Source of the DNA: Bacteroidota bacterium
GTDB lineage: Bacteria; Bacteroidota; Ignavibacteria; Kapaibacteriales; UBA2268
Direction: 5' to 3'
Assembly: GCA_022707965.1 (NCBI GenBank)
Contig: JAKIZO010000005.1
Span: 687 to 64,686, forward strand
DNA length: 64,000 bases
The notes below the pieces were generated by a model. The model made no database searches. It was not told the DNA's origin and saw only the letters and a program-made list of their open reading frames with translations. Positions 1-11,689 of this stretch are shown piece by piece (within the stretch, counting starts at the first letter, position 1; each line of letters starts with the position of its first letter). Both the position numbers and the translations under genes were made by a program.

Positions 1-155
1 CTTATGCTAAAGCTCGCCGCGATCATTCTATGGCTCAACGCCTTGCCGCTGAAATTATGGCTGCTTCTCGTGGAGAAGGCTCCGCTGTGAAAAAACGTGA
101 AGATACTCATAGAATGGCCGAAGCTAACAAAGCTTTCGCCCACTTTAAATGGTAA
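1..155 (+). CDS. rpsG: 30S ribosomal protein S7, C-terminal fragment (gene begins upstream of window)
   Basis: Frame 3 is open from the window edge. The peptide ...[24 protein letters not shown] matches the conserved S7 C-terminus, with TAA at 153-155. It sits directly upstream of fusA, as in the str operon. Confidence 0.9.
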   Translation, partial: YAKARRDHSMAQRLAAEIMAASRGEGSAVKKREDTHRMAEANKAFAHFKW

Positions 156-203
156 TTCTATTTTTCGTTCTTTGTCAATTTGTTAGCCTGATTGCGTGTA
201 ACT

Positions 204-2261
204 ATGCCGACTGAAACCGACAAATCAAAAATCAGAAACATTGGAATAATGGCTCACATCGATGCAGGTAAAACTACTACAACCGAAAGAATTCTATTCT
301 ATTCCGGCTACCTGCATAAACTCGGTGAAGTCGACGAAGGCACTGCCTTTATGGACTATATGGAGCAGGAAAAAGAACGTGGCATCACTATTATGTCCGC
401 TTGCACTCCTGTCTTCTGGAAAGATTATGTGATTAACATAATCGATACTCCCGGCCACGTTGATTTTACTGCCGAAGTCCAACGCTCACTCAGAGTTTTA
501 GATGGGGCTGTTGCCATTTTCTGTGCTGTCGGCGGCGTAGAACCACAAAGCGAAACTGTCTGGCACCAAGCTGATGAATATCGCGTCCCTCGCATCGCGT
601 TCGTTAATAAAATGGACCGTATGGGCGCTGATTTCTACCGCGTTCTCGATATGATGCGGCAACGCTTGGGCGCTAACCCAATCGCAGTTGAAATCCCAAT
701 CGGCTCCGAAGATAGCTTCTCGGGTGTTATCGATCTCGTAAAAATGAAAGCTGTCTTCTTCGACTATGAGTCTCACGGCTCTGTTTTCTCCGAAGGTGAA
801 ATTCCCGATGACTACAAAGATAAAGCCGATGAGATGAGACAAATTATGGTCGAAAAAATTGCCGAATTGGATGATGTGCTTGTGGAAAAATATCTTAACG
901 GCGAAGAAATTTCGGAAGCTGAACTGAAAGCTGCCTTGAAAAAAGGTGTTCTCGAACTGAAAGCTGTCCCGGTTCTTGTCGGTGCCTCGCTCAAAAATGT
1001 CGGTGTACAACCACTTATTGAAGCGATTATCGATTACCTTCCATCACCTGATGAAATTGAACCGGCTTTCGGCTTCGACATCAAAGATGCTGAAAAGATA
1101 ATTGTTCGACTTCCGAAAGATGATGAACCTTTCTCGGCACTCGCTTTTAAAGTGCTGGTCGACCCATACGTCGGGCGCGTCTGCATCGTAAGAATTTACT
1201 CCGGCGTGCTTAAAGTTGGCGAAACCAGATACAATCCCGGTGCCGATAAAAAGGAAAAAATCCTGAAAATTCTCAAACTTTACGCTAATCGCCGTGAAGA
1301 AATCCAACAAGCATCAGCAGGCGATATTGTCGCTATCCCCGGACTTCGATTTACTAAATCAGGCGATACGCTTTGCGACCCGCAAAAGCCAATTCTGTTC
1401 GAGAAAATCCGTTTCTCTGAGCCTGTTATTAATCAGTCCATCGAAGCTAAAACGCTTGCTGACCAGGATAAACTGCTCGAAGCGCTCGAAAAACTTGCCG
1501 ACGAGGACCCAACTTTCCGATATAAGTTTGACGAAGAAAGCGGGCAAATTATCATCAGCGGTGTGGGCGAACTTCATCTGGAAATTATCGTTGACCGACT
1601 GCTACGAGAATTCAACGTTGCTGCTCGCGTCGGCAAACCAATGGTCGCTTATCGCGAAACTATTTCCCGTGATGTCGAGCAAGAAGGACTTTTCGATAAA
1701 ACAACTGGCGGCAAAAATCAATTCGGTTACGTTAAATTGATTGTTGCCCCAGGTCGTCAGGGCTCCGGAATTGTAGTGAAAAACGAAATTCCAAAGAAAA
1801 CACTCGACGAGTTATACGCAATCGCACTTCAACAAGGCGCCCGCGAGGCTCTCAATATCGGTCCAAACGGGTACCCAATGGTTGATGTTGAAGTAAGGCT
1901 AATCGATTCAAGATACGTGGAAGGCGAATCGACCGAAGTTGCATATAAAATCGCTGCTTCTATTGCAGTGAAAGATGCAGTTCGTCAAGCTGACCCCGTA
2001 TTGCTCGAACCGGTGTTCAAAGTTGAAGTGGTGTCGCCCGAGGAATATGTCGGCGATATTATTTCAGATATGAACTCAAGGCGAGGACGAATCGAAGGCA
2101 TTTCGCAAAGAGGGACGATGCAAGTGGTCAATTGCGTAGCTCCGCTTTCTGAAATGTTCGGTTATGTAACCAAACTGCGTTCGCTCAGTCAGGGTCGCGC
2201 AGTTTATTCGATGACGTTTTCGCACTATGAACCGGCATTACCAAAAAATGGAAGCTATTGA
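204..2261 (+). CDS. fusA: Elongation factor G
   Basis: GTPase motifs [17 protein letters not shown] and NKMDR are present. Length is about 685 aa and the gene follows rpsG. ATG 204 is preferred over TTG 192. Confidence 0.97.
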   Translation: MPTETDKSKIRNIGIMAHIDAGKTTTTERILFYSGYLHKLGEVDEGTAFMDYMEQEKERGITIMSACTPVFWKDYVINIIDTPGHVDFTAEVQRSLRVLDGAVAIFCAVGGVEPQSETVWHQADEYRVPRIAFVNKMDRMGADFYRVLDMMRQRLGANPIAVEIPIGSEDSFSGVIDLVKMKAVFFDYESHGSVFSEGEIPDDYKDKADEMRQIMVEKIAELDDVLVEKYLNGEEISEAELKAALKKGVLELKAVPVLVGASLKNVGVQPLIEAIIDYLPSPDEIEPAFGFDIKDAEKIIVRLPKDDEPFSALAFKVLVDPYVGRVCIVRIYSGVLKVGETRYNPGADKKEKILKILKLYANRREEIQQASAGDIVAIPGLRFTKSGDTLCDPQKPILFEKIRFSEPVINQSIEAKTLADQDKLLEALEKLADEDPTFRYKFDEESGQIIISGVGELHLEIIVDRLLREFNVAARVGKPMVAYRETISRDVEQEGLFDKTTGGKNQFGYVKLIVAPGRQGSGIVVKNEIPKKTLDELYAIALQQGAREALNIGPNGYPMVDVEVRLIDSRYVEGESTEVAYKIAASIAVKDAVRQADPVLLEPVFKVEVVSPEEYVGDIISDMNSRRGRIEGISQRGTMQVVNCVAPLSEMFGYVTKLRSLSQGRAVYSMTFSHYEPALPKNGSY

Positions 2262-2312
2262 TTTTTTATAAATTTATTAACTAATGTAGTTCAAAATTTT
2301 AGGAGCTAAAAA

Positions 2313-3524
2313 ATGGCTAAAGAAAAATTTGATCGTTCCAAACCACACGTAAACGTTGGAACTATCGGCCACGTTGACCACGGTAAGACTACTCTTACTG
2401 CTGCTATCACAATGGCACTCTACAAAAAAATTAACAAAGGCGAAGTTCGTACCTTCGATTCGATCGATAACGCACCAGAAGAACGTGCACGCGGGATCAC
2501 GATTGCTACTTCTCACGTTGAATACGAAACAGAAAAACGTCACTACGCTCACGTTGACTGCCCCGGTCACTCTGACTACGTAAAGAATATGATTACTGGT
2601 GCCGCTCAGATGGACGGTGCTATCCTTGTTTGCGCTGCTACTGACGGTCCTATGCCTCAAACTCGCGAACACATCCTGCTTGCTCGCCAGGTTGGCGTTC
2701 CAAGAATAGTTGTTTTCCTTAACAAAGTTGATATTGCAGACCCCGAACTTTTAGACCTCGTCGAAATGGAACTTCGCGAACTTCTTTCGCAATACGAATT
2801 CCCAGGCGACGAAATTCCTATTATCCGCGGCTCAGCTTTGAAAGCTTTGGAAGCTGGCTCAGATTCAAGTGTTGGCGCAGACGACCCACGCTTGCAATGC
2901 ATCTACGAACTTATGGATGCTGTTGATAGCTACATCCCAACTCCTCAACGTGATGTTGATAAACCATTCTTGATGCCTGTCGAAGACGTGTTCTCGATTA
3001 CTGGTCGTGGTACTGTTGCTACTGGTCGTATCGAACGTGGCGTTATCAAAGTTTCAGAAGAAGTTGAAATCGTTGGTTTCGGTTTGCACAAGAAAACTAC
3101 TTGCACCGGCGTTGAAATGTTCCGCAAACTTCTTGATGAAGGCATTGCTGGCGACAACGTTGGTCTGCTCCTCCGCGGTATCGAAAAGAAAGAAATCGAA
3201 CGCGGTATGGTTATTGCAAAACCAGGTTCAATTACTCCTCACCACAAATTCAATGCACAAGTTTACGTATTGAAGAAGGAAGAAGGCGGTCGCCACACTC
3301 CATTCTTCAACGGTTACCGTCCACAATTCTATTTCCGTACAACTGACGTAACTGGTTCGCTCCATCTGCCAGCTGGCGTTGAAATGGTTATGCCTGGCGA
3401 TAACCTGGATAACTTAGAAATCGAACTCATTACTCCAATCGCTATGGAAGAAGGTCTTCGTTTTGCTATCCGCGAAGGCGGTCGTACAGTTGGTGCTGGC
3501 GTTGTAACTAAAATTATTGAATAA
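2313..3524 (+). CDS. tuf: Elongation factor Tu
   Basis: [33 protein letters not shown] and NKVD motifs; 403 aa. Confidence 0.98.
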   Translation: MAKEKFDRSKPHVNVGTIGHVDHGKTTLTAAITMALYKKINKGEVRTFDSIDNAPEERARGITIATSHVEYETEKRHYAHVDCPGHSDYVKNMITGAAQMDGAILVCAATDGPMPQTREHILLARQVGVPRIVVFLNKVDIADPELLDLVEMELRELLSQYEFPGDEIPIIRGSALKALEAGSDSSVGADDPRLQCIYELMDAVDSYIPTPQRDVDKPFLMPVEDVFSITGRGTVATGRIERGVIKVSEEVEIVGFGLHKKTTCTGVEMFRKLLDEGIAGDNVGLLLRGIEKKEIERGMVIAKPGSITPHHKFNAQVYVLKKEEGGRHTPFFNGYRPQFYFRTTDVTGSLHLPAGVEMVMPGDNLDNLEIELITPIAMEEGLRFAIREGGRTVGAGVVTKIIE

Positions 3525-3561
3525 TTTGTTCCTAATTTAGGATAGTTTGAGGAAAAGTAAA

Positions 3562-3870
3562 GTGGCAACACAAAGAATAAGAATAAAACTAAAATCATTT
3601 GACCACAATCTGATTGATAAATCAACGGAAAGAATTGTTCGTACAGTCAAACAGACCGGTGCAGTGGTATCAGGTCCGATACCACTGCCTACCCGTCGTA
3701 CTGTCTATACAGTTAATCGTTCCCCTCACGTTGATAAAAAATCTCGTGAGCAATTCGAAACAAGAATTCATAAGAGACTTATCGATATCTTTAGCTCCAC
3801 TCAAAAAACTATCGATGCTCTTATGAAACTTGAAATACCTGCTGGTGTAGATGTTGAAGTTAAGGTTTAA
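3562..3870 (+). CDS. rpsJ: 30S ribosomal protein S10
   Basis: [12 protein letters not shown]...PLPT is the S10 signature. GTG 3562 has a GAGGA about 8 nt upstream. TTG 3547 is the alternative start in the ORF track. Confidence 0.93.
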   Translation: MATQRIRIKLKSFDHNLIDKSTERIVRTVKQTGAVVSGPIPLPTRRTVYTVNRSPHVDKKSREQFETRIHKRLIDIFSSTQKTIDALMKLEIPAGVDVEVKV

Positions 3871-3884
3871 TGTAGGAGTTTAGG

Positions 3885-4508
3885 ATGAAATCAGCAATAT
3901 TAGGAATGAAACTCGGAATGACATCTGTATTGACAGAGGACGGGAAATCAATACCGGTTACTGTTATCGAAGCTGGACCTTGCCCTGTGGTGCTTGTCCG
4001 CACCCCTGAACGCGATGGCTACAAAGCCGTTCAAGTGGGCTTCGTTGATAAAAAAGAAAATAGAACTAATAAACCTTTGCTCGGTCATTTTAAGAAAGCT
4101 GGCGTCGAACCTAAAAGATTTCTCAAAGAATTTCGCGAACTTCAACGCGAACTTAACGTCGGCGATGTCCTTACTGTCGAGCAATTCGTAAAAGGCGATA
4201 AAATTCGCATCAGCGGAACAAGCAAAGGTCGCGGCTTCCAGGGTGTTGTTAAACGCCACCACTTCGGCGGCGTCGGTATGACAACACACGGTCAATCAGA
4301 TAGAGTTCGCCACCCAGGTTCCATCGGTTCATCGTCATATCCATCACGCGTATTCCGCGGTTTGAGAATGGCCGGTCGTATGGGTGGTAAGCGTGCTACG
4401 GTTCGCAACTTGGAAGTAATTGATGTTATCCCGGAAAAAAATCTACTACTTGTCAAAGGTAGTGTCCCGGGCGCTCCAAAAACTTTATTAGAAATTATAA
4501 AGCAATAA
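3885..4508 (+). CDS. rplC: 50S ribosomal protein L3
   Basis: GMTSV...[11 protein letters not shown] and [13 protein letters not shown] motifs; first gene after rpsJ in the S10 operon. Confidence 0.97.
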   Translation: MKSAILGMKLGMTSVLTEDGKSIPVTVIEAGPCPVVLVRTPERDGYKAVQVGFVDKKENRTNKPLLGHFKKAGVEPKRFLKEFRELQRELNVGDVLTVEQFVKGDKIRISGTSKGRGFQGVVKRHHFGGVGMTTHGQSDRVRHPGSIGSSSYPSRVFRGLRMAGRMGGKRATVRNLEVIDVIPEKNLLLVKGSVPGAPKTLLEIIKQ

Positions 4509-4520
4509 GGCTAAAGTAAA

Positions 4521-5147
4521 ATGCTTGTAGATGTATATACAAAAGATGGTCAAAAATCTGGGCAGATAGAACTTCCCGATGATGTGTTTGCTGTCGAACC
4601 AAACGAACACGCAATGCATCTTGCAGTTGTTCAATATCTTGCAAACCATCGTCAGGGCACAAGAAAAACTAAAATTCGTTCAGAAGTGTCCGGCGGCGGG
4701 AAAAAACTTTGGAGACAAAAAGGTCGCGGTACTGCCCGCGCAGGCTCAACCCGCTCTCCTCTCTGGGTCGGCGGCGGCACTATCCACGGTCCGAAACCAA
4801 CTGTTTTCGAAATGAAACTGCCCAAGAAAATTAAACGCCTTGCAAGGAAGTCCGCTCTATCCTTGCGCGCAAAAGAAAATAATCTTATGGTTGTCGAAGA
4901 TTTCTCCTTCGACGAAATTAAGACTAAATCAATGGCTCAAATTCTCAAAAATTTGCAATTAGACGGTGCTTCGACTTTGTTTTTGCTTCCGCAGCCAGAT
5001 TATAAATTATATATGTCCGCTCGGAATATCCCTAAGGTCGAAATTGCACCTGCCGACAAAATATCTACTTACGATATTTTGAAGCATAAAAAGATTGTTC
5101 TTTTTAAAGGCGCTGTTGAGCCAATTCAAAAGACATTCAATAATTAA
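4521..5147 (+). CDS. rplD: 50S ribosomal protein L4
   Basis: RQGT..TK.RSEVSGGGKKLWRQKGTGRARAGS-like motif; operon order. Confidence 0.96.
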   Translation: MLVDVYTKDGQKSGQIELPDDVFAVEPNEHAMHLAVVQYLANHRQGTRKTKIRSEVSGGGKKLWRQKGRGTARAGSTRSPLWVGGGTIHGPKPTVFEMKLPKKIKRLARKSALSLRAKENNLMVVEDFSFDEIKTKSMAQILKNLQLDGASTLFLLPQPDYKLYMSARNIPKVEIAPADKISTYDILKHKKIVLFKGAVEPIQKTFNN

Positions 5148-5162
5148 TGGAAACGATTAACT

Positions 5163-5462
5163 ATGTTGCAGATAATAAAAAGACCGGTTATCACGGAAAA
5201 AGCAATGAAGCTTGCGAGCGCTCGCCAATACGTGTTCGCCGTGGACCCCAAAGCTAATAAAATCGAAATTAAAAAAGCTATCGAAGAAATGTTCGAAGTC
5301 GATGTTATTAGCGTTCGCACCGTGAATATCAAAGGAAAGAACAAAATTCGTCTAACTCGTCGCGGTCTTATGCGTGGTCGTACGCCTAATATCAAAAAGG
5401 CTTACGTTACATTGAAAGAGGGACAATCAATTGAATTAGTCTCCGGACCGGTTGAAGAATAA
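5163..5462 (+). CDS. rplW: 50S ribosomal protein L23
   Basis: IIKRPVITEKA...FAVDPKANKIEIKKAIEEMF is the L23 signature; operon order. Confidence 0.96.
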   Translation: MLQIIKRPVITEKAMKLASARQYVFAVDPKANKIEIKKAIEEMFEVDVISVRTVNIKGKNKIRLTRRGLMRGRTPNIKKAYVTLKEGQSIELVSGPVEE

Positions 5463-5489
5463 TATTATTAAATTAATGATGAAACTAAA

Positions 5490-6329
5490 ATGGGAATTAG
5501 AGTATTAAAACCAATAACACCCGGAACAAGGTTCTACTCGGTATCAGATTTCGCCGAAATCACTACCGATAAACCTTATAAACCACTTACAACACCACTG
5601 AAAAAAACTGGTGGTAGAAATAATACCGGTAGAATTACTTCACGCCATCGTGGCGGCGGGCATAAACGCAGATACAGAATTATCGATTTCAAAAGAAATA
5701 AAATCGGTATCAATGCTGTTGTCGAAACTATCGAATACGACCCAAACCGTACTGCTCGAATTGCCTTAGTCCGCTACGAAGATGGTGAACGCCGCTATAT
5801 TATCGCCCCCGACAAACTTAAAGTCGGCGACGTTATCCAAACCGGACCAGACGCTGAATTCAATGATGGAAACGCACTTCCATTATTCAAAATTCCCGTC
5901 GGTCTGTTTGTCCATAACGTTGAACTAAAACCAGGCAAAGGCGGCCAAATCGCTCGTAGCGCTGGCGCGAGTGTCCAATTGCTTGCTATCGACGGCAAAT
6001 TCGCTCACCTGAAAATGCCATCAGGCGAAATTCGTATGGTGCCAAGCAAATGCTATGCTACTTTGGGTGTTGTAAGCAACTCAGACCACGAAAATATTCT
6101 ACTCGGTAAAGCCGGTAGAAGCCGTTGGCTCGGTATCAGACCTCAAACACGCGGTATGGCGATGAACCCAATCGACCACCCAATGGGCGGTGGCGAAGGT
6201 CGTTCAAAATCCGGCGGTGGTCGCCAGCATCCTCGTTCGCCTTGGGGTCAAATTGCGAAAGGGCTTAAAACCCGAAAAAAACGCAAGCAATCATCGAAAT
6301 ATATTGTTCGTTCTCGTAATAAGAAATAG
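5490..6329 (+). CDS. rplB: 50S ribosomal protein L2
   Basis: [17 protein letters not shown] and [13 protein letters not shown] motifs. Confidence 0.98.
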   Translation: MGIRVLKPITPGTRFYSVSDFAEITTDKPYKPLTTPLKKTGGRNNTGRITSRHRGGGHKRRYRIIDFKRNKIGINAVVETIEYDPNRTARIALVRYEDGERRYIIAPDKLKVGDVIQTGPDAEFNDGNALPLFKIPVGLFVHNVELKPGKGGQIARSAGASVQLLAIDGKFAHLKMPSGEIRMVPSKCYATLGVVSNSDHENILLGKAGRSRWLGIRPQTRGMAMNPIDHPMGGGEGRSKSGGGRQHPRSPWGQIAKGLKTRKKRKQSSKYIVRSRNKK

Positions 6330-6345
6330 TAAGGACTAATGTAAT

Positions 6346-6627
6346 ATGGCTCGTTCATTAAAAAAAGGTGTTTTCGTTCATTATAAATTGCTCAAAAAAA
6401 TTAATGAATTGAACGAAACCAAGAAAAAACAAGTAGTTAAAACGTGGTCGCGAGCTTCTACTATAACACCAGATTTTGTTGGACACACTGTCGCTGTCCA
6501 TAACGGAAAAAACTTCGTCCCGGTCTATGTAACCGAAAATATGGTCGGTCATAAACTCGGCGAATTCGCACCTACTCGCATTTTCCGTGGACACGCAGGC
6601 AACCGTAAAGAAGCTAAGAAGAAATAG
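6346..6627 (+). CDS. rpsS: 30S ribosomal protein S19
   Basis: [10 protein letters not shown]...[27 protein letters not shown]. Confidence 0.98.
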   Translation: MARSLKKGVFVHYKLLKKINELNETKKKQVVKTWSRASTITPDFVGHTVAVHNGKNFVPVYVTENMVGHKLGEFAPTRIFRGHAGNRKEAKKK

Positions 6628-6990
6628 TTGGAGATAAATGATGGAAGCAAGAGCACAAAAAAATATATTCACTCATCACCACGCAAAATGAGATTGCTTA
6701 TTGACCTCATTCGTGGCAAAAAAGCAATGGAAGCTCTGACGATTTTGCGTTTCAACAAAAAGCTCGCAAGCCGCGACGCTGAAATGGTTCTTCGTTCGGC
6801 TCTCGCTAACTTGAACCAAAAAGCAAAAGAAGAGGGTATTAACGTCTCGGACGAAAATATCGTTGTCAGCCGTGCTTACGTTGATTGCGGACCAACAATG
6901 AAAAGAATACTGCCCGCCCCTATGGGTCGTGCGTATAGAATGCGTAAACGCTCTAATCATCTTACAATTGTTGTCGAAGCAAAAGAATAG
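6628..6990 (+). CDS. rplV: 50S ribosomal protein L22 (start and frame uncertain, see findings)
   Basis: [16 protein letters not shown]...LRSALANL is the L22 signature. The only in-frame start is TTG 6628, which abuts the rpsS stop. A better-placed ATG at 6641 is out of frame by one base across an A7 run. Confidence 0.9.
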   Translation: MEINDGSKSTKKYIHSSPRKMRLLIDLIRGKKAMEALTILRFNKKLASRDAEMVLRSALANLNQKAKEEGINVSDENIVVSRAYVDCGPTMKRILPAPMGRAYRMRKRSNHLTIVVEAKE

Positions 6991-7010
6991 TATTAATTAA
7001 GGAGTATAAA

Positions 7011-7646
7011 TTGGGACAGAAAACTAATCCAATGGGCCTCAGGCTCGGTATCATAAGAAGTTGGGACGCTAATTGGTTCGACGAAAAAAATGTCGCTGAA
7101 AAACTTACAGAAGACATTAACGTCCGTAACTATATTCGCAACCGTAAAAAGAAAGCCGGCGTCTCCCGTATCCTTGTTGAACGCACTGCGAAACAACTTC
7201 GTATAACGATATTTACTTCTCGTCCGGGTCAAATTATAGGCCGTTCGGGTAAAGACATTACTCAATTAGAAGAAGAACTCAAGAAAATTACGGGCAAAGA
7301 CGTTAAAATTCTTATACACGAAATCAAACGCCCCGAACTTGATGCTCTTCTCGTTGCTGAAAATATTGCACAACAACTCGAAGGCAGAATCTCATTCCGT
7401 CGCGCTATGAAACAAGCAGTTTCTTCCTCGATGAGAATGGGTGCCCAGGGTATTCGTGTGATGTGTTCCGGTCGCTTGGGCGGCGCCGAAATGGCTCGCA
7501 CCGAGCAATACAAAGAAGGACGTATTCCATTGCACACCCTTCGCGCGGATATCGACTACGGTACTGCAACAGCACACACTATCTACGGTGCTATCGGCAT
7601 TAAAGTGTGGATTTTCCGCGGCGAAATTATCGGCAAACAATCATAG
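7011..7646 (+). CDS. rpsC: 30S ribosomal protein S3
   Basis: [15 protein letters not shown] and a KH domain; TTG start; operon order. Confidence 0.97.
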   Translation: MGQKTNPMGLRLGIIRSWDANWFDEKNVAEKLTEDINVRNYIRNRKKKAGVSRILVERTAKQLRITIFTSRPGQIIGRSGKDITQLEEELKKITGKDVKILIHEIKRPELDALLVAENIAQQLEGRISFRRAMKQAVSSSMRMGAQGIRVMCSGRLGGAEMARTEQYKEGRIPLHTLRADIDYGTATAHTIYGAIGIKVWIFRGEIIGKQS

Positions 7647-7671
7647 TTAATTATTAAGTGAGTTAGATAAA

Positions 7672-8103
7672 ATGTTATCACCAAAGAGAATAAGATATCG
7701 TAAAGCACAACGCGGCGTAATGCGCGGCAACTCCAACCGTGGTCATCTGGTTGCCTTCGGCTCCTACGGCTTGAAAGCTCTGGAAGAACACTGGATTACC
7801 AACCGCCAAATTGAAGCCGCTCGTATTGCAATCAATAGATATCTAAAACGCGATGGTAAAGTCTGGATTAGAATCTTCCCGGACAAACCTTATACCAAAA
7901 AACCTGCCGAAACTCGTCAAGGTAGCGGTAAAGGTAGCCCAGAAGGTTGGGTAGCAGCAGTTCGCCCCGGCAGAATCCTCTTCGAAGTCGATGGCGTCTC
8001 TCGCGAAGCCGCCCAGGAAGCTCTCAGACTTGCATCGCATAAGTTACCTATTAAAACGAAATTTGTAACACGTATAGATTTGGCTTATAATGAAACCACG
8101 TAA
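7672..8103 (+). CDS. rplP: 50S ribosomal protein L16
   Basis: MLSPKR.RYRK.QRG...[13 protein letters not shown]. Confidence 0.97.
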   Translation: MLSPKRIRYRKAQRGVMRGNSNRGHLVAFGSYGLKALEEHWITNRQIEAARIAINRYLKRDGKVWIRIFPDKPYTKKPAETRQGSGKGSPEGWVAAVRPGRILFEVDGVSREAAQEALRLASHKLPIKTKFVTRIDLAYNETT

Positions 8104-8296
8104 AGCAAAAGACCTAAGGGAGCTAACCGATAGCGAACTTGAGCGCTTGCTCCAAGAGTCGCAGGAAACTCTTGTTAAACAAAGATTCCAGCACTCTCTT
8201 AAGCAGTTGCAAGATACGGCTTATCTTAAAATACTTCGCAAAGATATCGCCCGTATCAATACTATTTTAACTGAACGTCGTAATGCCAAAATTTAA
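8090..8296 (+). CDS. rpmC: 50S ribosomal protein L29
   Basis: LRELTDSEL...L..QRFQ pattern; 68 aa; overlaps the rplP 3' end. Confidence 0.93.
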   Translation: MKPRKAKDLRELTDSELERLLQESQETLVKQRFQHSLKQLQDTAYLKILRKDIARINTILTERRNAKI

Positions 8297-8306
8297 AGGA
8301 TAAGCA

Positions 8307-8588
8307 ATGGAAATTCAGACTGTTGAACAAGAAGTAACTAAATCGCGTAAGAGAATTCTTACCGGCAAAGTAGTCTCCGATAAACCGGAAAAATCTATCG
8401 TTGTGATGGTTGAACGCCAGGTTGCTCATCCGATTTATAAAAAGTATTTTAAACGCTCGAAAAAATATATGGCACACGACGAAAATAACGAAGCGCACGT
8501 AGGCGATACTGTCCGCATTATCGAAGAGCGCCCACTGAGCGCTCGCAAAAGATGGAGATTACTTAAAATTGTTGAGCGTGCTAAGTAA
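8307..8588 (+). CDS. rpsQ: 30S ribosomal protein S17
   Basis: [17 protein letters not shown]...HPIYKKY...Y.AHDE.N.A..GD.V.I.E.RPLS. Confidence 0.96.
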   Translation: MEIQTVEQEVTKSRKRILTGKVVSDKPEKSIVVMVERQVAHPIYKKYFKRSKKYMAHDENNEAHVGDTVRIIEERPLSARKRWRLLKIVERAK

Positions 8589-8605
8589 TTAAAGGGTTAT
8601 AAACT

Positions 8606-8974
8606 ATGATTCAAGAAGAAACAAATTTGACGGTAGCTGATAACTCCGGTGCTAAAAAAATTCGCTGCATTAGAGTGCTCGGCGGCCACGGCAAAAAATA
8701 CGCAACAGTTGGCGACCTCGTCGTCGTCTCAGTTAAAGCCGCTATCCCCGGTGCTCCCGTCAAAAAAGGTAGCATTCATAAAGCTGTTATCGTTCGCACT
8801 GCTAAAGAAATTCGTCGTAAAGATGGCTCCTGCATCAGATTCGACGACAACGCAGCCGTTATCCTGAACGATAAAGGCGAACCTCGTGGAACTCGTATTT
8901 TCGGTCCTGTTGCCCGCGAGCTTCGTGAAAAAAATTATATGAAAATTGTTTCACTCGCTCCGGAAGTATTATAA
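8606..8974 (+). CDS. rplN: 50S ribosomal protein L14
   Basis: [23 protein letters not shown]. Confidence 0.98.
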   Translation: MIQEETNLTVADNSGAKKIRCIRVLGGHGKKYATVGDLVVVSVKAAIPGAPVKKGSIHKAVIVRTAKEIRRKDGSCIRFDDNAAVILNDKGEPRGTRIFGPVARELREKNYMKIVSLAPEVL

Positions 8975-8984
8975 GGTGACTACT

Positions 8985-9308
8985 ATGGCTAAACTTAAAA
9001 TTAAAAAAGGCGATACCGTTCAAGTTATTGCTGGCGACGACAAAGGTAAAATCGGCAGAGTGTTAGAAGTTTACCCAAAAACTATGAAAATTTTGGTCGA
9101 ACAAGTTAACGTTCATAAAAAACATACTCGCCCTAATCAGCAATATCCTAACGGCGGTATTATCTCTAAAGAATTGCCTATTCATTACTCTAACGTAATG
9201 ATTCTCGATTCCGAGAAAAAGCCAACTCGTATTGGTATCCGCCACGAAATTAAAGGCGGTCGCAAAGAAACTATTCGCTTTGCTCGTACTAATAATAAAG
9301 ATTTATAA
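8985..9308 (+). CDS. rplX: 50S ribosomal protein L24
   Basis: MAKLKIKKGDTVQVIAGDDKGK.G.V (KOW motif). ATG 8985 is preferred over the upstream start at 8946, which overlaps rplN. Confidence 0.95.
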   Translation: MAKLKIKKGDTVQVIAGDDKGKIGRVLEVYPKTMKILVEQVNVHKKHTRPNQQYPNGGIISKELPIHYSNVMILDSEKKPTRIGIRHEIKGGRKETIRFARTNNKDL

Positions 9309-9329
9309 TATTAGGCAGTAATAGATATT

Positions 9330-9992
9330 ATGGCAACTAAAACAACTAAAAAACCAGCAGCACCTGCAAAACCCGGCGTAAGCAAACGCGGAGACTTCCC
9401 CTTCGAAGGTAAACGCCTCGAAGAGGTTCAGGATAAAGAAATCCCAACTCCACGTCTGTTTACCTTCTACAAGGAACACGTAGTGCCTGCATTGATGAAG
9501 AAATTTAATTATAAGTCAATTATGCAGGTGCCTCGCCTCGAAAAAATTTGCCTCAATATGGGCATCGGCGACGCTGTTCAGGACTTGAAACTTTTGCAAA
9601 GTGCTATGAACGAACTCGAACTTATCTCAGGTCAACGCCCTGTGGTAAGACGAGCTAAAAAAGCTATCTCGAACTTCAAACTACGCGCCGGTATGCCAAT
9701 CGGTGTTTCCGTTACGCTAAGAAGAGCAAGAATGTATGAATTCTTAGACAGATTCATCAATATTGCTGCTCCACGTATTCGCGACTTCCGTGGTTTTAGC
9801 GAAAAAGGATTCGATGGACGCGGAAATTACTCGCTCGGTATCAAAGAGCAAATCATTTTCCCCGAAATCGACGTAGATAAAGTTTCGAAAATCGGTGGGC
9901 TCGATATTACTTTCGTAATGAGCTCCCACTCGGACGAAGAGTCGTATGCATTACTACAAGAATTTGGTTTTCCATTCCGTAAAAAAGATTGA
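9330..9992 (+). CDS. rplE: 50S ribosomal protein L5 with about 40-aa N-terminal extension
   Basis: The L5 core begins around [32 protein letters not shown]. It is preceded by a K/P/A-rich segment with no internal Met. Confidence 0.93.
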   Translation: MATKTTKKPAAPAKPGVSKRGDFPFEGKRLEEVQDKEIPTPRLFTFYKEHVVPALMKKFNYKSIMQVPRLEKICLNMGIGDAVQDLKLLQSAMNELELISGQRPVVRRAKKAISNFKLRAGMPIGVSVTLRRARMYEFLDRFINIAAPRIRDFRGFSEKGFDGRGNYSLGIKEQIIFPEIDVDKVSKIGGLDITFVMSSHSDEESYALLQEFGFPFRKKD

Positions 9993-10001
9993 GAATGAAC
10001 T

Positions 10002-10271
10002 ATGTCTAAAGTAAGTGTAAAAATGCGCAACGAAAAAAGACGCAGATTGGTAGAAAAATATCAAGCTAAACGCGAGGCTCTCAAAGCAGCCGGCGATTGG
10101 GAAGGCTTGCAAAAATTGCCACGCAATAGCTCGCCTACACGTCTGCGCAACCGTTGTTCCATCAGCGGACGTGGTCGCGGCGTCTACCGTAAATTCGGTC
10201 TCTGCCGCAATATGTTCCGTCAATTAGCTCTGGAAGGAAAAATTCCAGGTATTCGTAAGGCCAGTTGGTGA
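10002..10271 (+). CDS. rpsN: 30S ribosomal protein S14 (89 aa, long form)
   Basis: [38 protein letters not shown]. Confidence 0.95.
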   Translation: MSKVSVKMRNEKRRRLVEKYQAKREALKAAGDWEGLQKLPRNSSPTRLRNRCSISGRGRGVYRKFGLCRNMFRQLALEGKIPGIRKASW

Positions 10272-10290
10272 TATTAATATGGTAGGAATT

Positions 10291-10686
10291 ATGCCAGTAA
10301 CAGATCAAATATCTGATTTCTTAACACGCATTCGTAATGCCGGCCGCGCTGGTCATAAAACAGTTACAGCACCGGCTTCGAAGCTGAAAATCGCTATAGC
10401 CCGTATCCTCAAAGATCAAGGCTTTATAGCAGACTATGCAATTATCGAGGACAAAGTACAAAATCAAATAAAAGTTACTTTGAAGTATTATAATCGCGAA
10501 CCTGCTATTCGCGAAATGAAACGTATCAGCAAGCCCGGACGCCGTATCTACGTGTCGGTCGATAATTTGCCACGCATCAAAAACGGTCTCGGTATTGCTA
10601 TTATCTCTACATCCAAAGGTGTTCTCACCGATAAAGATGCGAAAAAATTTAACGTTGGCGGCGAATTTATTTGTTCAATTTGGTAA
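10291..10686 (+). CDS. rpsH: 30S ribosomal protein S8
   Basis: MPVTDQISDFLTRIRNA. ATG 10291 is preferred over 10279. Confidence 0.96.
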   Translation: MPVTDQISDFLTRIRNAGRAGHKTVTAPASKLKIAIARILKDQGFIADYAIIEDKVQNQIKVTLKYYNREPAIREMKRISKPGRRIYVSVDNLPRIKNGLGIAIISTSKGVLTDKDAKKFNVGGEFICSIW

Positions 10687-10708
10687 TCTAATTTAAGGAG
10701 AGCCTGTC

Positions 10709-11248
10709 GTGTCCAGAATTGGTAAAAAACCCATACAAATACCTGACAAAGTTCAGGTCAAAATCGAAGATAGACTTCTTACTGCTAAAGGTCCAAAAGG
10801 CGAGCTTTCTTTTAGATTGCCCGAAGGTATTGACTATTCCTTAGAAAATAATACCCTTACTTTCAGCCGCCAAAACGACCTCAAACACATCCGTGCGCTC
10901 CACGGACTTACTCGCGCAGAAGTCTATAACCGTATCGTCGGAGTTTCCGAAGGGTTCACCCGCACTCTGCTTATCGAAGGCGTCGGCTACAAAGTTGAAA
11001 TGAGAGGCAAAAACCTCCTCCTCTCTATGGGATACTCTCATCCAATTTTGTTCATTCCGCCCGATAATGTTACTCTCGAAGCTCCAAACCCAACTACTAT
11101 CAAGATTTCAAGTATCGACAAAAATACTCTGGGTCTTGTTGCTGCGAAAATTCGCTCCATTCGTCCACCTGAACCATACAAAGGCAAAGGTATCCGCTAC
11201 GAAGGCGAATATATCCGCCGCAAAGCTGGTAAAGCTTCTGCTAAATAA
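10709..11248 (+). CDS. rplF: 50S ribosomal protein L6
   Basis: SRIGKKPI.IP..V.V...L..KGPKGEL; GTG start. Confidence 0.96.
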   Translation: MSRIGKKPIQIPDKVQVKIEDRLLTAKGPKGELSFRLPEGIDYSLENNTLTFSRQNDLKHIRALHGLTRAEVYNRIVGVSEGFTRTLLIEGVGYKVEMRGKNLLLSMGYSHPILFIPPDNVTLEAPNPTTIKISSIDKNTLGLVAAKIRSIRPPEPYKGKGIRYEGEYIRRKAGKASAK

Positions 11249-11287
11249 TGTTGTGTAATGTTACAATGTTTGTTTTAAGAGTTTAAA

Positions 11288-11659
11288 ATGAGAAAACAAA
11301 GAATAAAGCAAGAAAGAAAAATCCGTCGTAAGTTGCGTATACGTAAAAAGGTTCACGGAACCGCCGAACGCCCTCGTTTGAGCGTTTTCCGTAGCCTTAC
11401 TCATATCTATGCGCAACTCATCAACGACGACGAAGGTAAAACACTGGTTTCTGCATCCTCGATTGATAAAGAAATTGCCCCAAAAATCAAACCCGAGATG
11501 AAGAAATCAGAAGTTGCAAAATTTGTTGGTACAGAATTAGCCAAACGCGCTCTTGCTGCTGGTATCACAAAAGTTACTTTCGACCGCAATGGTTTTATCT
11601 ACCACGGTCGTGTGAAAGCACTTGCAGACGGAGCTCGCGAAGGCGGTCTTATTTTTTAA
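11288..11659 (+). CDS. rplR: 50S ribosomal protein L18
   Basis: [19 protein letters not shown]...S and the C-terminal FDR.G..YHGR.KALAD.ARE.GL.F. Confidence 0.96.
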   Translation: MRKQRIKQERKIRRKLRIRKKVHGTAERPRLSVFRSLTHIYAQLINDDEGKTLVSASSIDKEIAPKIKPEMKKSEVAKFVGTELAKRALAAGITKVTFDRNGFIYHGRVKALADGAREGGLIF

Positions 11660-11689
11660 GATAAGTTCTAATAGAACTGAGGAGTAGAA

